DNA of 64,000 nt from Camelus ferus. Lineage: Eukaryota. The notes beneath the pieces were generated by a model that was given only the letters and a program-made list of their open reading frames with translations, was not told the origin of the DNA and did not search any database. Every line of letters begins with the position of its first letter. Positions within the stretch are counted from its first letter, which is position 1. Below, piece by piece: positions 30,215 to 41,892 of the stretch. Position numbers and translations under genes: made by a program. Location of the stretch: positions 89,654,001 through 89,718,000 of the forward strand of contig NC_045697.1 in NCBI RefSeq assembly GCF_009834535.1, in the 5' to 3' direction.

Positions 30215-30345
30215 AAAATCTGATTCAAAGAGAGCTCAGGTTTTTTCTAAAAGTCATTTAACTAATAAAGTGGCAAAGCAAGAATTTGAACCCAAGCAGA
30301 CTGGCCTTTAAGCCTGTCCTCATAAACACAGTGTTAATCTGCCTC
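30215..30345 (-). mobile_element. MIR SINE
   Basis: aagtggcaaagcaagaatttgaacccaagcagactgg matches the reverse of the MIR tRNA-derived head. Confidence 0.65.
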
Positions 30346-31583
30346 TCTGCTTAGTGTCCACTCTTCCTTTTAAAACTGTAACAAAAGATAACACCAACTG
30401 CGGTTTACAAAGAAAAGCTGTTTGATCCATCTATATTTATCCTGAACATCAAAAGGATTCTGAATGTGCATAAAGTTTTATATAGAAATGAAACGTTCTG
30501 GCTTATGTCAGAATCAATATAAAAGATTAGAATAACCAGAAGTTGGAAGAAAAATGCTAAGTCTCTAAATATCTGAGTCTAGAGTACTTGAACAAAACAC
30601 TAAGTGAAACAAACAAAAAAATGATAGATGTGAAAAAAGGAAAAATAGGTAAAAATGTAAATATTCCCTCAGAACAGAATTATATGACACTACTAATATT
30701 TTTCAGCCCTCAAAACTGTGTAGTGATAATATTTAGAATAACACATATAGTGATCATGCTTTTTTTTTTCTTTTTATAGTTTAACTTTAGGCACAAACAC
30801 ACTGTCAGTGGAGCCTCATAGTCCATAGGGTGGGAAGATCGAGATAAGCCTTCTTACAAAGGTAAGAAAATAAACATGAAGATTAAGGTCTGATAGCTGC
30901 TTGGTCATATATTTTATTTTTTCATTAGCTATATTTAAATAGAAATAGTTATTGAAAATACAAACCTGTGCACTTTATGAAAATACAAAACACAAACAGG
31001 GAAAAATAAGTAGCAGAGCTGCAGCCACAGTCTTGGTCTATTCCAGTTTGAATCCTTACAAAATTTGTTTGGATTCTTCTACTTCAGAAATACACAATAG
31101 TTCCCAAAAGTCAACTTTCATCAATATTTCACTGTAATTTTATCTCTAGCCTCTTTTATTCTTTCATCTTCATCTAACGTAGTTAGATTCATTCCAACAA
31201 AAATCAACTTGCTACAAAGACTTCTATCTTTAGAATTGAAAACATCAGAATATTTGTTGGTCTGAAAGAAAGCATCTGCATGCTCGAATTTTTCATTTTT
31301 CACTTGGACATTTAGTGCCATAAAGATATAGCTGTTTTCCAGAAATATGACAATATTTTAATTTTAGATTTTTGATTTTTTGGCCAATTCTTCAACTTTT
31401 AAGGGGTCCTTTGTTAAGCCTATTTTTTTTCTCTAGCTAAATTTTTAAAAAGAGCTACATTTCTACTAAACCAAGGTGGATTTTAATTGCAAAGGGGTTT
31501 TTCATTTATTTTGGATGTCAAGATTTCCTTGCGGGTGTCATGCAAGTAAGTGTGCAGAGTTAGCACCTTCATTTGTAGTTGAG

Positions 31584-32996
31584 TTTTTACTGAGATGAAA
31601 TTTATCTTTAGTGTAAAGCAGAGATAATAAATACGTATTTTGATGAATTTTGACAAATATATATACTCGAGTTATCAATCCACTGTTTAAGATACAGAAT
31701 GTTTCAATCACACCAGAAAATTTTCCCCATTGTCAATTTTCATCACCCACTGGCAAATACAATTCTGATTTCTATCACTATATATTTCTAACACCATATA
31801 CTATTCTTGAATTTAATACATTTGATACTTCTCAAATTAGTGTTTATGTATGATATGAAGTAAGGGTAGATAGAATATACTTTTTCCTATTTATTTTTTC
31901 AGTTTTTCAAGAACATACATTTTCCCGTGGAACTGACCTGGTGCCTAGACTAAACACTGACCGTATAAATGCACATATATGAACTGTCTTTATTTTATTG
32001 ATCTGTTTGTCTACTTTCATGCCAAAAGCACTCTCTTCATTACTTGTAGCTTTAGAGTAACTCTTGAAATCATGTAGTGTAATTCCTCCAATGCTTTTTT
32101 TTTTAAATTTTATGGTTATTTGGACTACTGCAGGTCCTGGGCATTGACACACCATCTTAGAATAGGCCTGAAAATTTCTACCGAAAAGCCTGTTGGGATT
32201 TTGACTGAGAAGACTGAGTCTCTACATCAATTTGCAGAGCATTAAGTTAGTATCAACACAGAATCTTTCAGTCCATGGACTTGGCATTAACTTAAGTCAT
32301 CTTTAATTTCTCCTGCATATTTTTTTCAATGTACAGTTTTCACACACATTTTCTAAATCTTACCTAAATTTTTCACAAGTTTTGCTGTACTTTAAAATAG
32401 TATTTTAAACACTTAAATTTCCATTTGGTTTCTTCTGTAATATAGGAATAAGATTGGTTTTTACTTATTATCTTTTATCCTATGAACTTGCCAAATTTAT
32501 TTATATAGTCTAATATTTTGAGGGGGTAAGAGTTAGAATTTTCTTAGGTAGTGAAGTATGTGCATTGGGTAGAAGAAATGTGCTCACTTCTCTTTCTAAT
32601 TTTTATGTCTTTATTTTATTCCTTGCTTTATTGACCTGTATACAACTTTGAGTACATTTAATAGAATGGCAAGAACAGATATTCCTCAGAGGAAGCACTC
32701 AATATTTCACCCTTATGATAATGTTGCTATTGGTTTTTCATGGATGTAACTTACACATTGAGAACATTACCTCTATATCTAATGTGCTGAGAGTGCTTAT
32801 CGAGAGTATGTGTGTTGAATGCTTTTGTCCACATCTACTGAGAGCATTTTTTCCCTCATTTAGATATTTACGCTGATCTATTTTTGAATGGAAAATCAGC
32901 TGTGCATTCCTGAGATAAACACAAATTGATTATAATAGAAATTCTAAAATTTGATTAAGGATTTTTGATTCAATTTTTAAGAGGGATATTAATTTG
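31584..32996 (-). mobile_element. Old, diverged L1M (L1MC/MD/ME-type) inserted into the pseudogene's terminal exon
   Basis: 3' end tttttactgagat...tgatgaattttgacaaat...aagatacagaatgtttcaatcacaccagaaa, followed by ORF2 motifs (aagcctgttgggattttgactg, gagggatatt). Confidence 0.85.
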
Positions 32997-33045
32997 GGAT
33001 AATAATGGTGTCATTTTTATGACATCAGGTAAGTTCATGTTTATT

Positions 33046-33133
33046 TTTTTAATTTTATTTTTTATTTAAGTGTAGCTGATTTACAATGTTAGTTTCAGAT
33101 TTACAGCAAAGTGGTTCAGTTACATATATACTT
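33046..33133 (-). mobile_element. Young L1 3' stub with 12-bp TSD
   Basis: ttcatgtttatt at 33034-33045 and 33134-33145 flanks poly(T) plus the L1 tail. Confidence 0.9.
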
Positions 33134-33538
33134 TTCATGTTTATTATCTTATCTCTCAGTTATAGGAGCATTTATGAGATAAATATATGTAGATATATTT
33201 ACTTGTTTTTGTTGTGTTTTATCCTTTGCTAGGTTGTCAGTTTTAATAAGTTTATCAGTCTAATTCTAAGGTTGGAACTACAGCAAATTATCTTCTTACA
33301 ATATGGGTTGGTACTTCACAGTCAGAGTCAAAGATTCTGAAAAAAAAAACACATGCTAGCTTTAAGACTCACTCATAACTTTATAGGATTGAGTGGGGAA
33401 GACCATGGCTGAACCCCAGCCAAAGAAGGGAGTTTATGTTCTATTTGAATCCTGACGATAGTGGAGAAAAAATAAAATGCAAATAAATTAAATTACAACA
33501 GCCTGTGGGTCCCCAAATATCTTGGAATTAACCCTTAC

Positions 33539-33700
33539 CAGTTATTGTCAGGAGAGAAACAGCTATCTGCCAGCAAGCCCCAGTAACTGGATCAGTAATG
33601 GCCTAAATCAGGGTATATCTACTGCTGCTCTGGAAAGATGTTGGAAACTCCTCTGGCTTTTTTCAGAAGGAAAATGAATTTGGGGATGTGAAATCTGGTC
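33539..33700 (-). pseudogene. Pseudo-exon, 162 nt, symmetric phase
   Basis: ttaatgtccttag|...AACTG|gtaagg; TRFHIPKFIFLLKKARGVSNIFPEQQ*IYPDLGHY*SSYWGLLADSCFSPDNN in phase 2. Confidence 0.75.
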
Positions 33701-34064
33701 CTAAGGACATTAACCAAAAATTTAGGTCTCCTCTCCAAAGATGTCAGGTGAAAAGATTTGGGAATCTCCAGGCAAAATGTGACTCACTGATCTTCTATAA
33801 ACACATATCTAAAACTTGTCATAAACATTCACATTTCAGTGGTACTAAAATTCAAACAACTGCTTTAGTATACGTTGTACCTGCCAGTTTTACATCTATG
33901 CTGCGTGGATTTTACTCTAGTGGACACTCCAGTGAAAAATGAAAAAAAGATTCACACTAAGATGGATTTTGTTGCCGTCCTTTGGTCATTTAGCCAAGGC
34001 CCCTGATGCGGAATTAAGACTGTCTCAGGCATGATACACTAAGCATACAGATTTTGTTACTTGC

Positions 34065-34163
34065 CTATGATTGAATCTTGATAAATTCACTTTGTTAATG
34101 AAACTAACTGCTTTAGTGCAATAAGTTTACCCCTAATCAGAAGTCAACATTGCTCCTTTTTAT
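34065..34163 (-). pseudogene. Pseudo-exon, 99 nt, symmetric phase
   Basis: ggttttctgctttatag|...CATAG|gcaagt (GC donor or mutated GT); *KGAMLTSD*G*TYCTKAVSFINKVNLSRFNH in phase 2. Confidence 0.65.
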
Positions 34164-34226
34164 CTATAAAGCAGAAAACCAATCATAGCTGAGGGCACAG
34201 GGTGACTGTGCCAAGGTGAATACTAC

Positions 34227-34305
34227 TTGCATGAAACTCCCTGCAGCAAGAGAATCATTTTTCTGCCTAGACCCTCTGCTTGGCCTGCGCTGCAAAACTT
34301 TTTCT
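34227..34305 (-). pseudogene. Pseudo-exon, 79 nt, frame ambiguous
   Basis: tgttttactttttag|...GCAA|gtagta; stop-free reading KKFCSAGQAEGLGRKMILLLQGVSC (phase 1-2). Confidence 0.55.
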
Positions 34306-34388
34306 CTAAAAAGTAAAACATATCTGTCTTCTTAGACATGATTCAATTATTTGTAATGATTTTTTATTTCTCTCTTTAGATTACTTAC

Positions 34389-34556
34389 AAAAATAGCATG
34401 TCATTTTCTCCTGTCCCCCTCACCCCTACACCAATACTTTCTTTTGACCTTCATTTGAACTCATAAAATAACAAGAATTTTATAAATATCCTCAAAGCAC
34501 AAGGTCTCATTAATTTTTTTGTATCTCTTTCTGGCCTTAAGCTGTCATTATTGCAC
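34389..34556 (-). pseudogene. Pseudo-exon, 168 nt
   Basis: tactctagcag|...TTTT|gtaagt; VQ**QLKARKRYKKINETLCFEDIYKILVIL*VQMKVKRKYWCRG... A frameshift in the G-rich end is possible. Confidence 0.7.
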
Positions 34557-34652
34557 CTGCTAGAGTATCTTGCACACAAATTAGTAGATTTGACATTTTG
34601 AAGATAGCTGCTGTCAATAAAAATTATAGATATTTATTTTAAGTAGTATGAC

Positions 34653-34744
34653 TGGAAATCATCCAACAGATCCTGGGGGTAGCTTGAGCAGAATGAAAGC
34701 AAAAGCATCCAAAAAATATTCCTTTGCCATATGGTATCAGAGGT
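34653..34744 (-). pseudogene. Pseudo-exon, 92 nt, phase 1-0
   Basis: gtgtttcttag|...TCCA|gtcata; L*YHMAKEYFLDAFAFILLKLPPGSVG*FP. Confidence 0.65.
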
Positions 34745-35174
34745 CTAAGAAACACCTTAGTACATTTTTTAGTTTTATTACTTAATGAATTAAAATTAAT
34801 CTATACAAAAAGTATTTATAATGGCATGGATTAATTTTAAAACAATATACTTAAATGATATTTTAATTAATTTATCACTGTCATAGATAATATTTATATG
34901 ATTGCCAAAATTCATTGAATACTACTGTCAACTATATATTCCTTCATTCCTTTATTTTACTTGAAATGTAATACATGCTTCTATTTCTAAAATAAAATAA
35001 TGTAAATGATGTAAACTCTCTCAACCAAAAGCTAGTCTTCTCATGTCCATAATCACTTGAGTTGGTACACACATATACACACAGTCTTCATCCACAAATT
35101 AGATCACAGTGTAACACTATTATTTTTTTCATTTAGTATTAGCCACATTTTAAACTTTTCCATATAAGTAAATG

Positions 35175-35885
35175 TTTTTTTCAAAATTACGGCAAAACAC
35201 AGAAAATTACCATTTTAAGCATTTTACTGTGTAGCTACTTATTAAGTATACTCACATCATTGTATAATCAAGCTCCAGAACTTGTTCATCTTGCAAAATT
35301 GAAACTCTATACCCTTTAAACAAGTCCCCTCCCCTGGGAGCCTCTTGCAGCCACAATTCTATTTTGTATTTCTATGAATTTGACTACTTTAGGCATCTCA
35401 TATAACTGGAGTAAAACAGTATTTGTCTTTTTTGAGGCTGCCTGTTTCACTTAGCATAACGCTCTTGAAGTTTATCCATCGTGTATCATGTGTCACAATT
35501 CCCTTCCTTTTTAAGGCTGAATAGCGTTTCAATGTAGGTATACACCACATTTTGTTTACCCATTTTTCCTTCAATCGACACTTGGGTTGTTAAGACCTTT
35601 TGGCTATTGTGAATAATGCTGCCACGGACACATATGTAGAAATATTTCTTCAACATCGTGCTTTCAGTTCATTTGAGTGTATACCTAGAAGTGGAATGGC
35701 TGGACCATATATGGAAATTGTATTTTAATTTTTTGAGGAACTACCATACTTTTTTTCATAGTGACTGTACCATTTTACATTCGACCAACATTATACAAGC
35801 ATTCCAATTTGTCCACATCCTCACAAACATTTGTTATTTTCTTTCTTTTTTTCTTGACAGCAGCCATACTGATGACTATAAGGTT
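35175..35885 (-). mobile_element. L1MB-type 3' fragment
   Basis: ctccagaacttgttcatcttgcaaaattgaaactctataccc...atacctagaagtggaatggctggaccatat. Confidence 0.85.
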
Positions 35886-35909
35886 CTCCTTCACTTAAAA
35901 AAAAAAAAA

Positions 35910-36105
35910 TATATATATATATATATTTATTTATTGAAGTACAGTCAGTTTACAATGTCGTGTTCTGGTGTACAGCACAATGCTTCAGTCATACATGAAC
36001 ATACATATATTCGTTTTCATACTCCTTTTTACCATAAGTTACTATAGTTTCCTGTGCTACAGTAAGAACTTGTTGTTTATTCATTTCATATATATCAGTC
36101 AGCTA
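35910..36105 (-). mobile_element. Young L1 3' end
   Basis: tttattgaagtacagtcagtttacaatg..tctggtgtacagcacaatg. Confidence 0.85.
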
Positions 36106-36774
36106 CATCACTTTTTAAATGTTGCACAGTATTTCTCAAATGATTATATATCAGCTTATTTAGCATTTTACCTTTGATGAACTTAATAATTGTTGCAATG
36201 TTAACACTGAAATAAGAATTTTGTGTATTTATATTTGTATATGTATACAATTTTGTCCTAATTGAACACATTTCTGTAAGTGGAGTATCTGTATCTAAAT
36301 GTAAATGCATTCACATTTAGACAGATTGAAAATGGGTTTTATAAGTTTTTTTATTCATCTTTTTGGAATATTTATAGAAAGAGCAAAATACTGTCTTGTG
36401 TCTCCTTATCCTTACACATACACTTTAGCCAAAATGCCCTCTAAAAGTGCTCAAAAGAGTCTGCACTCTAGACAAGAGCACAGATGGGCAGCTGTCTTCC
36501 CTAAAGCTTCTCAGTCCTGATGTGATTCCCCTGTCTCAGTCTCACTGGTGTGGTAGAGAAATTCTTCATCATTTTGATTTCCTTACCTTTAATTACGATT
36601 GACTTACATTTACTTTTTTTTTTTCTTTTTTTCTTCTTCTGTGAACTAAACAGTCACATTTCGGGCCCAATTTTTACTATGATTCTGTATCTTTCTACTG
36701 ATTCACAGAAAATCCTTGTAAATTAAAGAAACTAGTCTACTTGTTGCCATACTAGTCTCAAATACTGTTTCTGT

Positions 36775-37430
36775 ATTTGGCTAAGATTTATCAGTTTCAA
36801 TGATTTTTGTCAAAGAATCAGCTTTTGTTTTTATTTTGTTATATTCACTAGTTTGTTATATTTTTAGATTCCACATATAAGTGATATCATACAATATTTG
36901 TCTTTCTCTGTCTGACTTATTTTACTTAGCATAATGCCCTGCAAGTCCTTCCATATTACTGCAAGTGGAAAATTTCATTAGTTTTTTTTATGGCTGAGTA
37001 GTATTCCATTGTTATCTATGTGTGTGTTTGTGTGTGTGTGTGTGTACCTTTAATTAGGATTGACTTACATTTACTTTTTTTTTCTTTTTTTCTTCTTCTG
37101 TGAACTAAACAGTCACATTTTATTTATCCTTTATCTGTTAATGGGCACTTAGGTTGCTTCTTCCTTGTCTTGGCTATTGAAAAATAATGCTGCTATTAAC
37201 ACTGGTGTGCATGTATCTTTTTAAATTAGTGTTTCTGTTTTTGTTTTTTTAGATATATACTCAGGAGTGGAAATATAAAAGAATCAGCTTTTGATTTTTG
37301 CTGATTTTCTTGATTTCCTTTATATTTTCAGCTTCAATATTTGTGCTCTAATTTTTTTATTATTTTCTTTCTTGGGCTTGCTTTAGGCTTAAAATTGTGC
37401 TTCTGACTCTAAGTCCTAAGGTAGAATCTC
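36775..37430 (-). mobile_element. L1 ORF2 fragment hosting a second L1 (36828-37277) with 16-bp TSD
   Basis: aaagaatcagcttttg at 36812-36827 and 37278-37293; the inner sequence is L1 3' region (agattccacatataagtgatatcatac). Confidence 0.85.
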
Positions 37431-37570
37431 TAGTAAACTTTGATGTTATATTTTCATTCCCCCTTCATCACTTTTTCTACTTCATCTGGACAGATTTGGG
37501 CCAAACAGTATAGTTATTCATCTTTGGATAATCCATACTTTTCAATTTACTAGGAATATGGCCATCCTTA
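37430..37570 (-). pseudogene. Pseudo-exon, phase-1 start, 3' end lost to L1 insertion
   Basis: aatttgaaag|TAAGG; (V)RMAIFLV/IEKYGLSKDE*LYCLAQICPDEVEKVMKGNENITSKFTR, then L1 sequence. Confidence 0.65.
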
Positions 37571-37639
37571 CTTTCAAATTGAAATTTAAAATAATTACAC
37601 ACAATTTTGTCATCATGATTAGACACATGTACAGCGAGC

Positions 37640-37746
37640 AGCTCACATAGAAATGTCACCATGTCTGCCTCATCCTCCACTAAAATCCCAATGTTTAGCA
37701 TAGTGATTGGCATACAATAAATGTTCGATAAATACTTGTTGAATGG
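37640..37746 (+). mobile_element. L2 3' tail (within a pseudogene intron)
   Basis: tagcatagtgattggcatacaataaatgttcgataaatacttgttgaatg. Confidence 0.7.
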
Positions 37747-37829
37747 AAAAAAAAAAGTCACTAATAAACGATTGTTAGCTTCTCTCATTTCTAAATTGCT
37801 CTTTCTAGAAAATCAGTTAAAATGTTCAC

Positions 37830-37921
37830 CTCCAAGAATCTTTGTACCTTCAATGAAATATTATTTAAGAATAAGGTTTTCTAAAGGTAATTATTTTATT
37901 TTATAGAACTTCATACATCAC
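37830..37921 (-). pseudogene. Pseudo-exon, 92 nt, phase 2-1
   Basis: ctaatcttcactttccttag|...GGAG|gtgaac; *CMKFYKIK*LPLENLILK*YFIEGTKILG. Confidence 0.75.
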
Positions 37922-38570
37922 CTAAGGAAAGTGAAGATTAGTATTTAGGTATTCTCCCTCTGCCTTATACACTTCCAAATTAATTTCATACCTCTTATTC
38001 AACTTGAATTTATTCAAAAAATGATTTTTTTTAATTAAGAAATATTCAGTCAGCATAGTGCACATTTGAAGAAAATCCCTTGAAATACACTAGGGCAAAT
38101 AAGACAAGAACATTAAAGAAAGTAATGTTAGGTGAGAGAGTGGAGAGGATGGGGGTGGTCACATCCATCTAGCACCACTTCTGAGAAGTAGTTACCATGA
38201 CAATATAACATGTACCAAATTGGAGGAGTATACCTAGAGTTAACAAACAGTTTCACTATTGGAGATCTGTGTACATTATGTTGAATTCAATTAGAGTTCT
38301 TTCTGTAGATTCTTCTAAGAATCCTATGGAAGGTGTGTGGTTAGAGATATGGCAAGTGTTTGGAGAAGTGAGGATTAACTTTCTAAAGATCTATGCTATC
38401 AGTGTGTTATAAACATGGTGTTAAATGTGAAGGAGAGGTCATAGGATTTTAAGGGCATTATTACTGACCTGTTCTCAGCTTCTAGAAGAATAATGTCCAG
38501 GATGAAGATTTGGGGACAAGAAACAGATTCTTAATTTAGAAATATCTTAAATTTTGATGATGAAATTAAC

Positions 38571-38692
38571 CTATTCAGAGATAATTTTATGATTTTCACC
38601 AAACACATTTAGCCATAACCAGCATAAATTTTATCAACATGAATCCAGCCATCATAGCTGGCTCATTCCAAAGTAGCAGAACAGGTCAAAAC
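38571..38692 (-). pseudogene. Pseudo-exon, 122 nt, phase 0-2
   Basis: cctttcag|...AATAG|gttaat; VLTCSATLE*ASYDGWIHVDKIYAGYG*MCLVKIIKLSLN. Confidence 0.75.
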
Positions 38693-38917
38693 CTGAAAGG
38701 TTCTCTCTAGAAACCCTAAAAAGTTTTATCTGAGCTGATCCCTAGTGCAGAGATTTTTCACTGTTTTGGAGGCAACACATATGGCAGAAACTTTCTCAAA
38801 ATGCCTCCACACCTGATTCCAAGCCCCCACCTTAAATCCCTCATGCAGCTGATCAGCTGAAAAACTAGAGAACAATTTCAAATTCTAGTTAAAGAATTTC
38901 ATTCAGTCAAAACTTAC

Positions 38918-38995
38918 ATTAAAATGCTTAGGAATTAAAGAGATTCTAGCTCCATTATTTTGGATTTGATAATGGCAAGTTTGAACAGAATTTTC
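38918..38995 (-). pseudogene. Pseudo-exon, 78 nt, phase 0-0
   Basis: Long pyrimidine tract ending cttgg (AG apparently mutated to GG), donor AAT|gtaagt; stop-free ENSVQTCHYQIQNNGARISLIPKHFN (inside ORF 38903-39100). Confidence 0.7.
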
Positions 38996-39367
38996 CCAAG
39001 TGAAATATAAATGACAAAAAGAAAAACTAATACAAACCAAGACAAAATTCTTCAGCAAGAAAATTAGAAAGAAACATAAGTAAAGGATATATTTTAGCAC
39101 TTCCTTTGGTTAAAAAAAAAATAATATTCGTTCCAGACAATAAATTATTTGTTTCATGTGTTCTTTTTAGTGCCAAGTAAGTTATGAGACACCAAAATAA
39201 GATGAAATGGAACTGTCAGAGCAAAGTCAATGAATTAAAGTGAAAAAAACACGATCACATAATCAAAATCTAATAAGAACATCAGATCAACTATAGAATC
39301 CAGGCTTAAGAAAGATCACACATTGTTACAGTAGCAGAAGAATAAAGGTGAAGAATCAGAGAATAGA

Positions 39368-39797
39368 TGTGATGGTGTCAACCTAGGCTATAACGCCCAG
39401 TAGTTTGATTAAATCAAACACCAGTCTAGGTGTTGCTATGAAAGTGTTCTGTAGATGTGGTTAATTAACATCTACTATTAATTGACTTTAAGTATATTAT
39501 CCTCCTCCTTGATGTGGTGGGCCTCACCCAATCAGTTGAAGCCCTTAAGAACAAACTATGGTTTCCCTGAAGAAAAATTCTGCCTCAAGGTTATAGCATC
39601 ATTCCTAGTAGAGATTTTTCAACATATGAATCTGCCGTATGGATTTGTTCCTTGCCAGCCCCCACGATCCTGTAAGTTAATTCCTTGAAATAAACCTCTA
39701 TCCTTAATAGATAGATGGATAGTACACAGATAGATACCCAGATGGAGAGACAGACATCTTGCTGGTTCTGTTTTTCTGGAGAACTCTGACTGATACA
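39368..39797 (+). mobile_element. ERVL solo LTR (MLT2 family)
   Basis: TG...CA ends: tgtgatgg...ggtgggcctcacccaatcagttgaag...ctggagaactctgactgataca. Confidence 0.9.
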
Positions 39798-40649
39798 GTA
39801 GGTATAAAAGATAGACACTAAACAAAGACCTAAAATATTTCCTGGTAAGTCTGAAAAAATACATTCAGAGATGCCATCAACTCAGTTTTTCCTAAATTAA
39901 AGGAATATACGTATTTTCAAACTTATGTATCTTACTTTGGGTCAGGAAAAATTAATGAGAGACAATTTAATCATATCATCATGCAGTTAGTTATCATCAA
40001 TAGTTTAAAGATAGAATGTTTTAAGAATCCTGGCAGACTAATTGGATCTTCTACAAAGAATAGAAAATAAGGATGACCACAGCCCTCTTAACAACATGAG
40101 ATGACAGAGAAAATGAGCCAATGTGTATAGAGTTTTAATGGAGAAAATGATGTAAAACAAGGATTTGTAAATCATTCAAGTTTTTTTTTTCCACTGAAGA
40201 AAATAGAAATATACTATCATATAAGGAAAAAAAAAGAACGGATAATACACATATACCTTTCCTAAACCATGAAATCAGCAAAAAAATCTATACTTCAATG
40301 TCTGAGTCAATTCTTGTGTTTTTGGGTAAAGTATCTAAAAAGGAAAAAAAACAAAAAAACAAAAAACTTGTTTCCTCCAGAAGGTAGCTCTGAGGAGCCC
40401 TAGATTATTGATGAATCCCAGAAAATATGGAAATAAGGATTGATTTTATAATTTAAGATAAATGTTAATTTAAAAATTAAAAAGTCCAAGAAAGTCTAAA
40501 AAAATGAATTAGTAAAAAGAAAATTAAGTGAAAAAAGTGGCAAACATTTTCATTAGAAAATAGTTAAAATATGTAACTTCTTTCACAAGAATACAAATGA
40601 ACTACATATAAAATAACCTCTTTGAAACTCAAAAAATTCCAAGAAAATA

Positions 40650-41230
40650 GTCACACATTTCTTCTGCCTATAAAATTAAAAACTATGTAAATTTTGCCAA
40701 CTTCAGTGTTAGCCAGGCTGTGAGGTAACAGGAGATGTCTCTGAATTGTTAATAGGAGTATAAGCAGACACAGCCTGTTTGAAACCCCTTGTTTGCAATA
40801 CCTATTTGTTCTCTATGTTTAAAATGTAGATACTTTTAGCCTCAGCACTTCCAATATTAGAAATGTACGCCATGGTAGGTAACTACATAAATTTGCAAAG
40901 AATCATGTACATGGAGCTGTTTTTTTAAGGTGCTATATAAAACAGTGAAAACTTATAAACAGCAGTTTTTAATTGGTTAAATTAATTATAATACATTCAC
41001 AGATTAGTACATAATGCAGGCACTATAATTATGATGGATACCTATATCTGTTTATGGAAATAACCACAAATATAAATTTGAAAAAAAGGTTGAGAAAGTA
41101 GTATGTTTAGAAAAATAATGCTTAAAAATATGTATAGAATTCAGAGATATCTACAATTGTCACCTACCTTTCTTCAATATAACTTTATATTGCTTGCATT
41201 TTCTATAATGCACATTTATGCTTTTTATGA
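40650..41230 (+). mobile_element. Old L1ME-type fragment
   Basis: cagtgttagccaggctgtgaggtaacagg...cagcacttccaatattaggaaatgtac resemble degraded ORF2-end motifs. Confidence 0.55.
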
Positions 41231-41339
41231 TCAAAACTATTTTATTTCAAGAAATCTTGTAAACATTATTTTAAAAAGGATTCACTGATGATTTGGATAT
41301 TGCATGGAAATTGCGTTCTATAATATATGTGTGTTTTTT

Positions 41340-41590
41340 CCTTTTTTTTCTGACCACCTTCATCCAGTTCCCTCTCTCCCCACCCCTGAATCTGCTAACT
41401 ACAAATCTGATGTCTTTTTGTGAGGCTGTTTCTTTTTTTTTTTTTTTTTTGAAGTATAACAGACCTACAACACCATGTTAGCTCCTGGTACACAACATAG
41501 TGATCTGATATTTCTATTCATTACAAAATAATCACCACGATAAGTCTAGAGAGCATCTATTACCACACAGATACCACATTATTATTGACT
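41340..41590 (-). mobile_element. L1 3'UTR internal fragment (same type as 21297-21780)
   Basis: tgaccaccttcatccagttcc...ctacaaatctgat is the reverse complement of motifs at 21400-21480. Confidence 0.8.
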
Positions 41591-41677
41591 ATATGTGTTT
41601 TTTAAATCTAGTCTTTATGTGAGATTCCACTAAACAGCGAAGCATTAAGGAGGAGCTGCAGGAAACTATAACCTTAC

Positions 41678-41729
41678 TTCATGTTTCAGATGTTTAGTCT
41701 TACTGTGATTACAATGTTAATAAAGAATT
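41678..41729 (-). pseudogene. Pseudo-exon, 52 nt, phase 2-0
   Basis: ttttttccattaactttag|...ATGAA|gtaagg; ILY*HCNHSKTKHLKHE. Confidence 0.7.
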
Positions 41730-41892
41730 CTAAAGTTAATGGAAAAAACCTCCCAAAATGCTTTCCCCCAAAATTTATAGTGATGAAGGGCAATGATACA
41801 GAACCAGTAGAAAATGTTTCAATACTGACAAAACAAAGGCCAAAGTTTTAAAAGTTAATGAGATAATATTCTGGAAAGCAAACACATATAAC

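Larger units (their letters stand above)
31056..33336 (-). pseudogene. Large terminal pseudo-exon with ankyrin repeat, split by two L1 insertions
   Basis: T-run plus cag acceptor at 33337. Pieces 33146-33336, 32998-33045 and 31056-31583 read IFDSDCEVPTHIVRR..., NMNLPDVIKMTPLL|STTNEGANSAHLLA*HPQGNLDIQNK*KTPLQL, then ...IVIFLENSYIFMALNVQVKNEKFEHADAFFQ...EILMKVDFWELLCISEVEESKQIL* with frameshifts. Confidence 0.75.

Noticed and set aside
31121..31321. 66-aa ORF considered as an endogenous viral nucleoprotein, hAT or CR1 remnant
   Set aside because: The resemblances were only a few residues. The ankyrin motif and upstream spliced exons explain it better as the last exon of a cellular gene.
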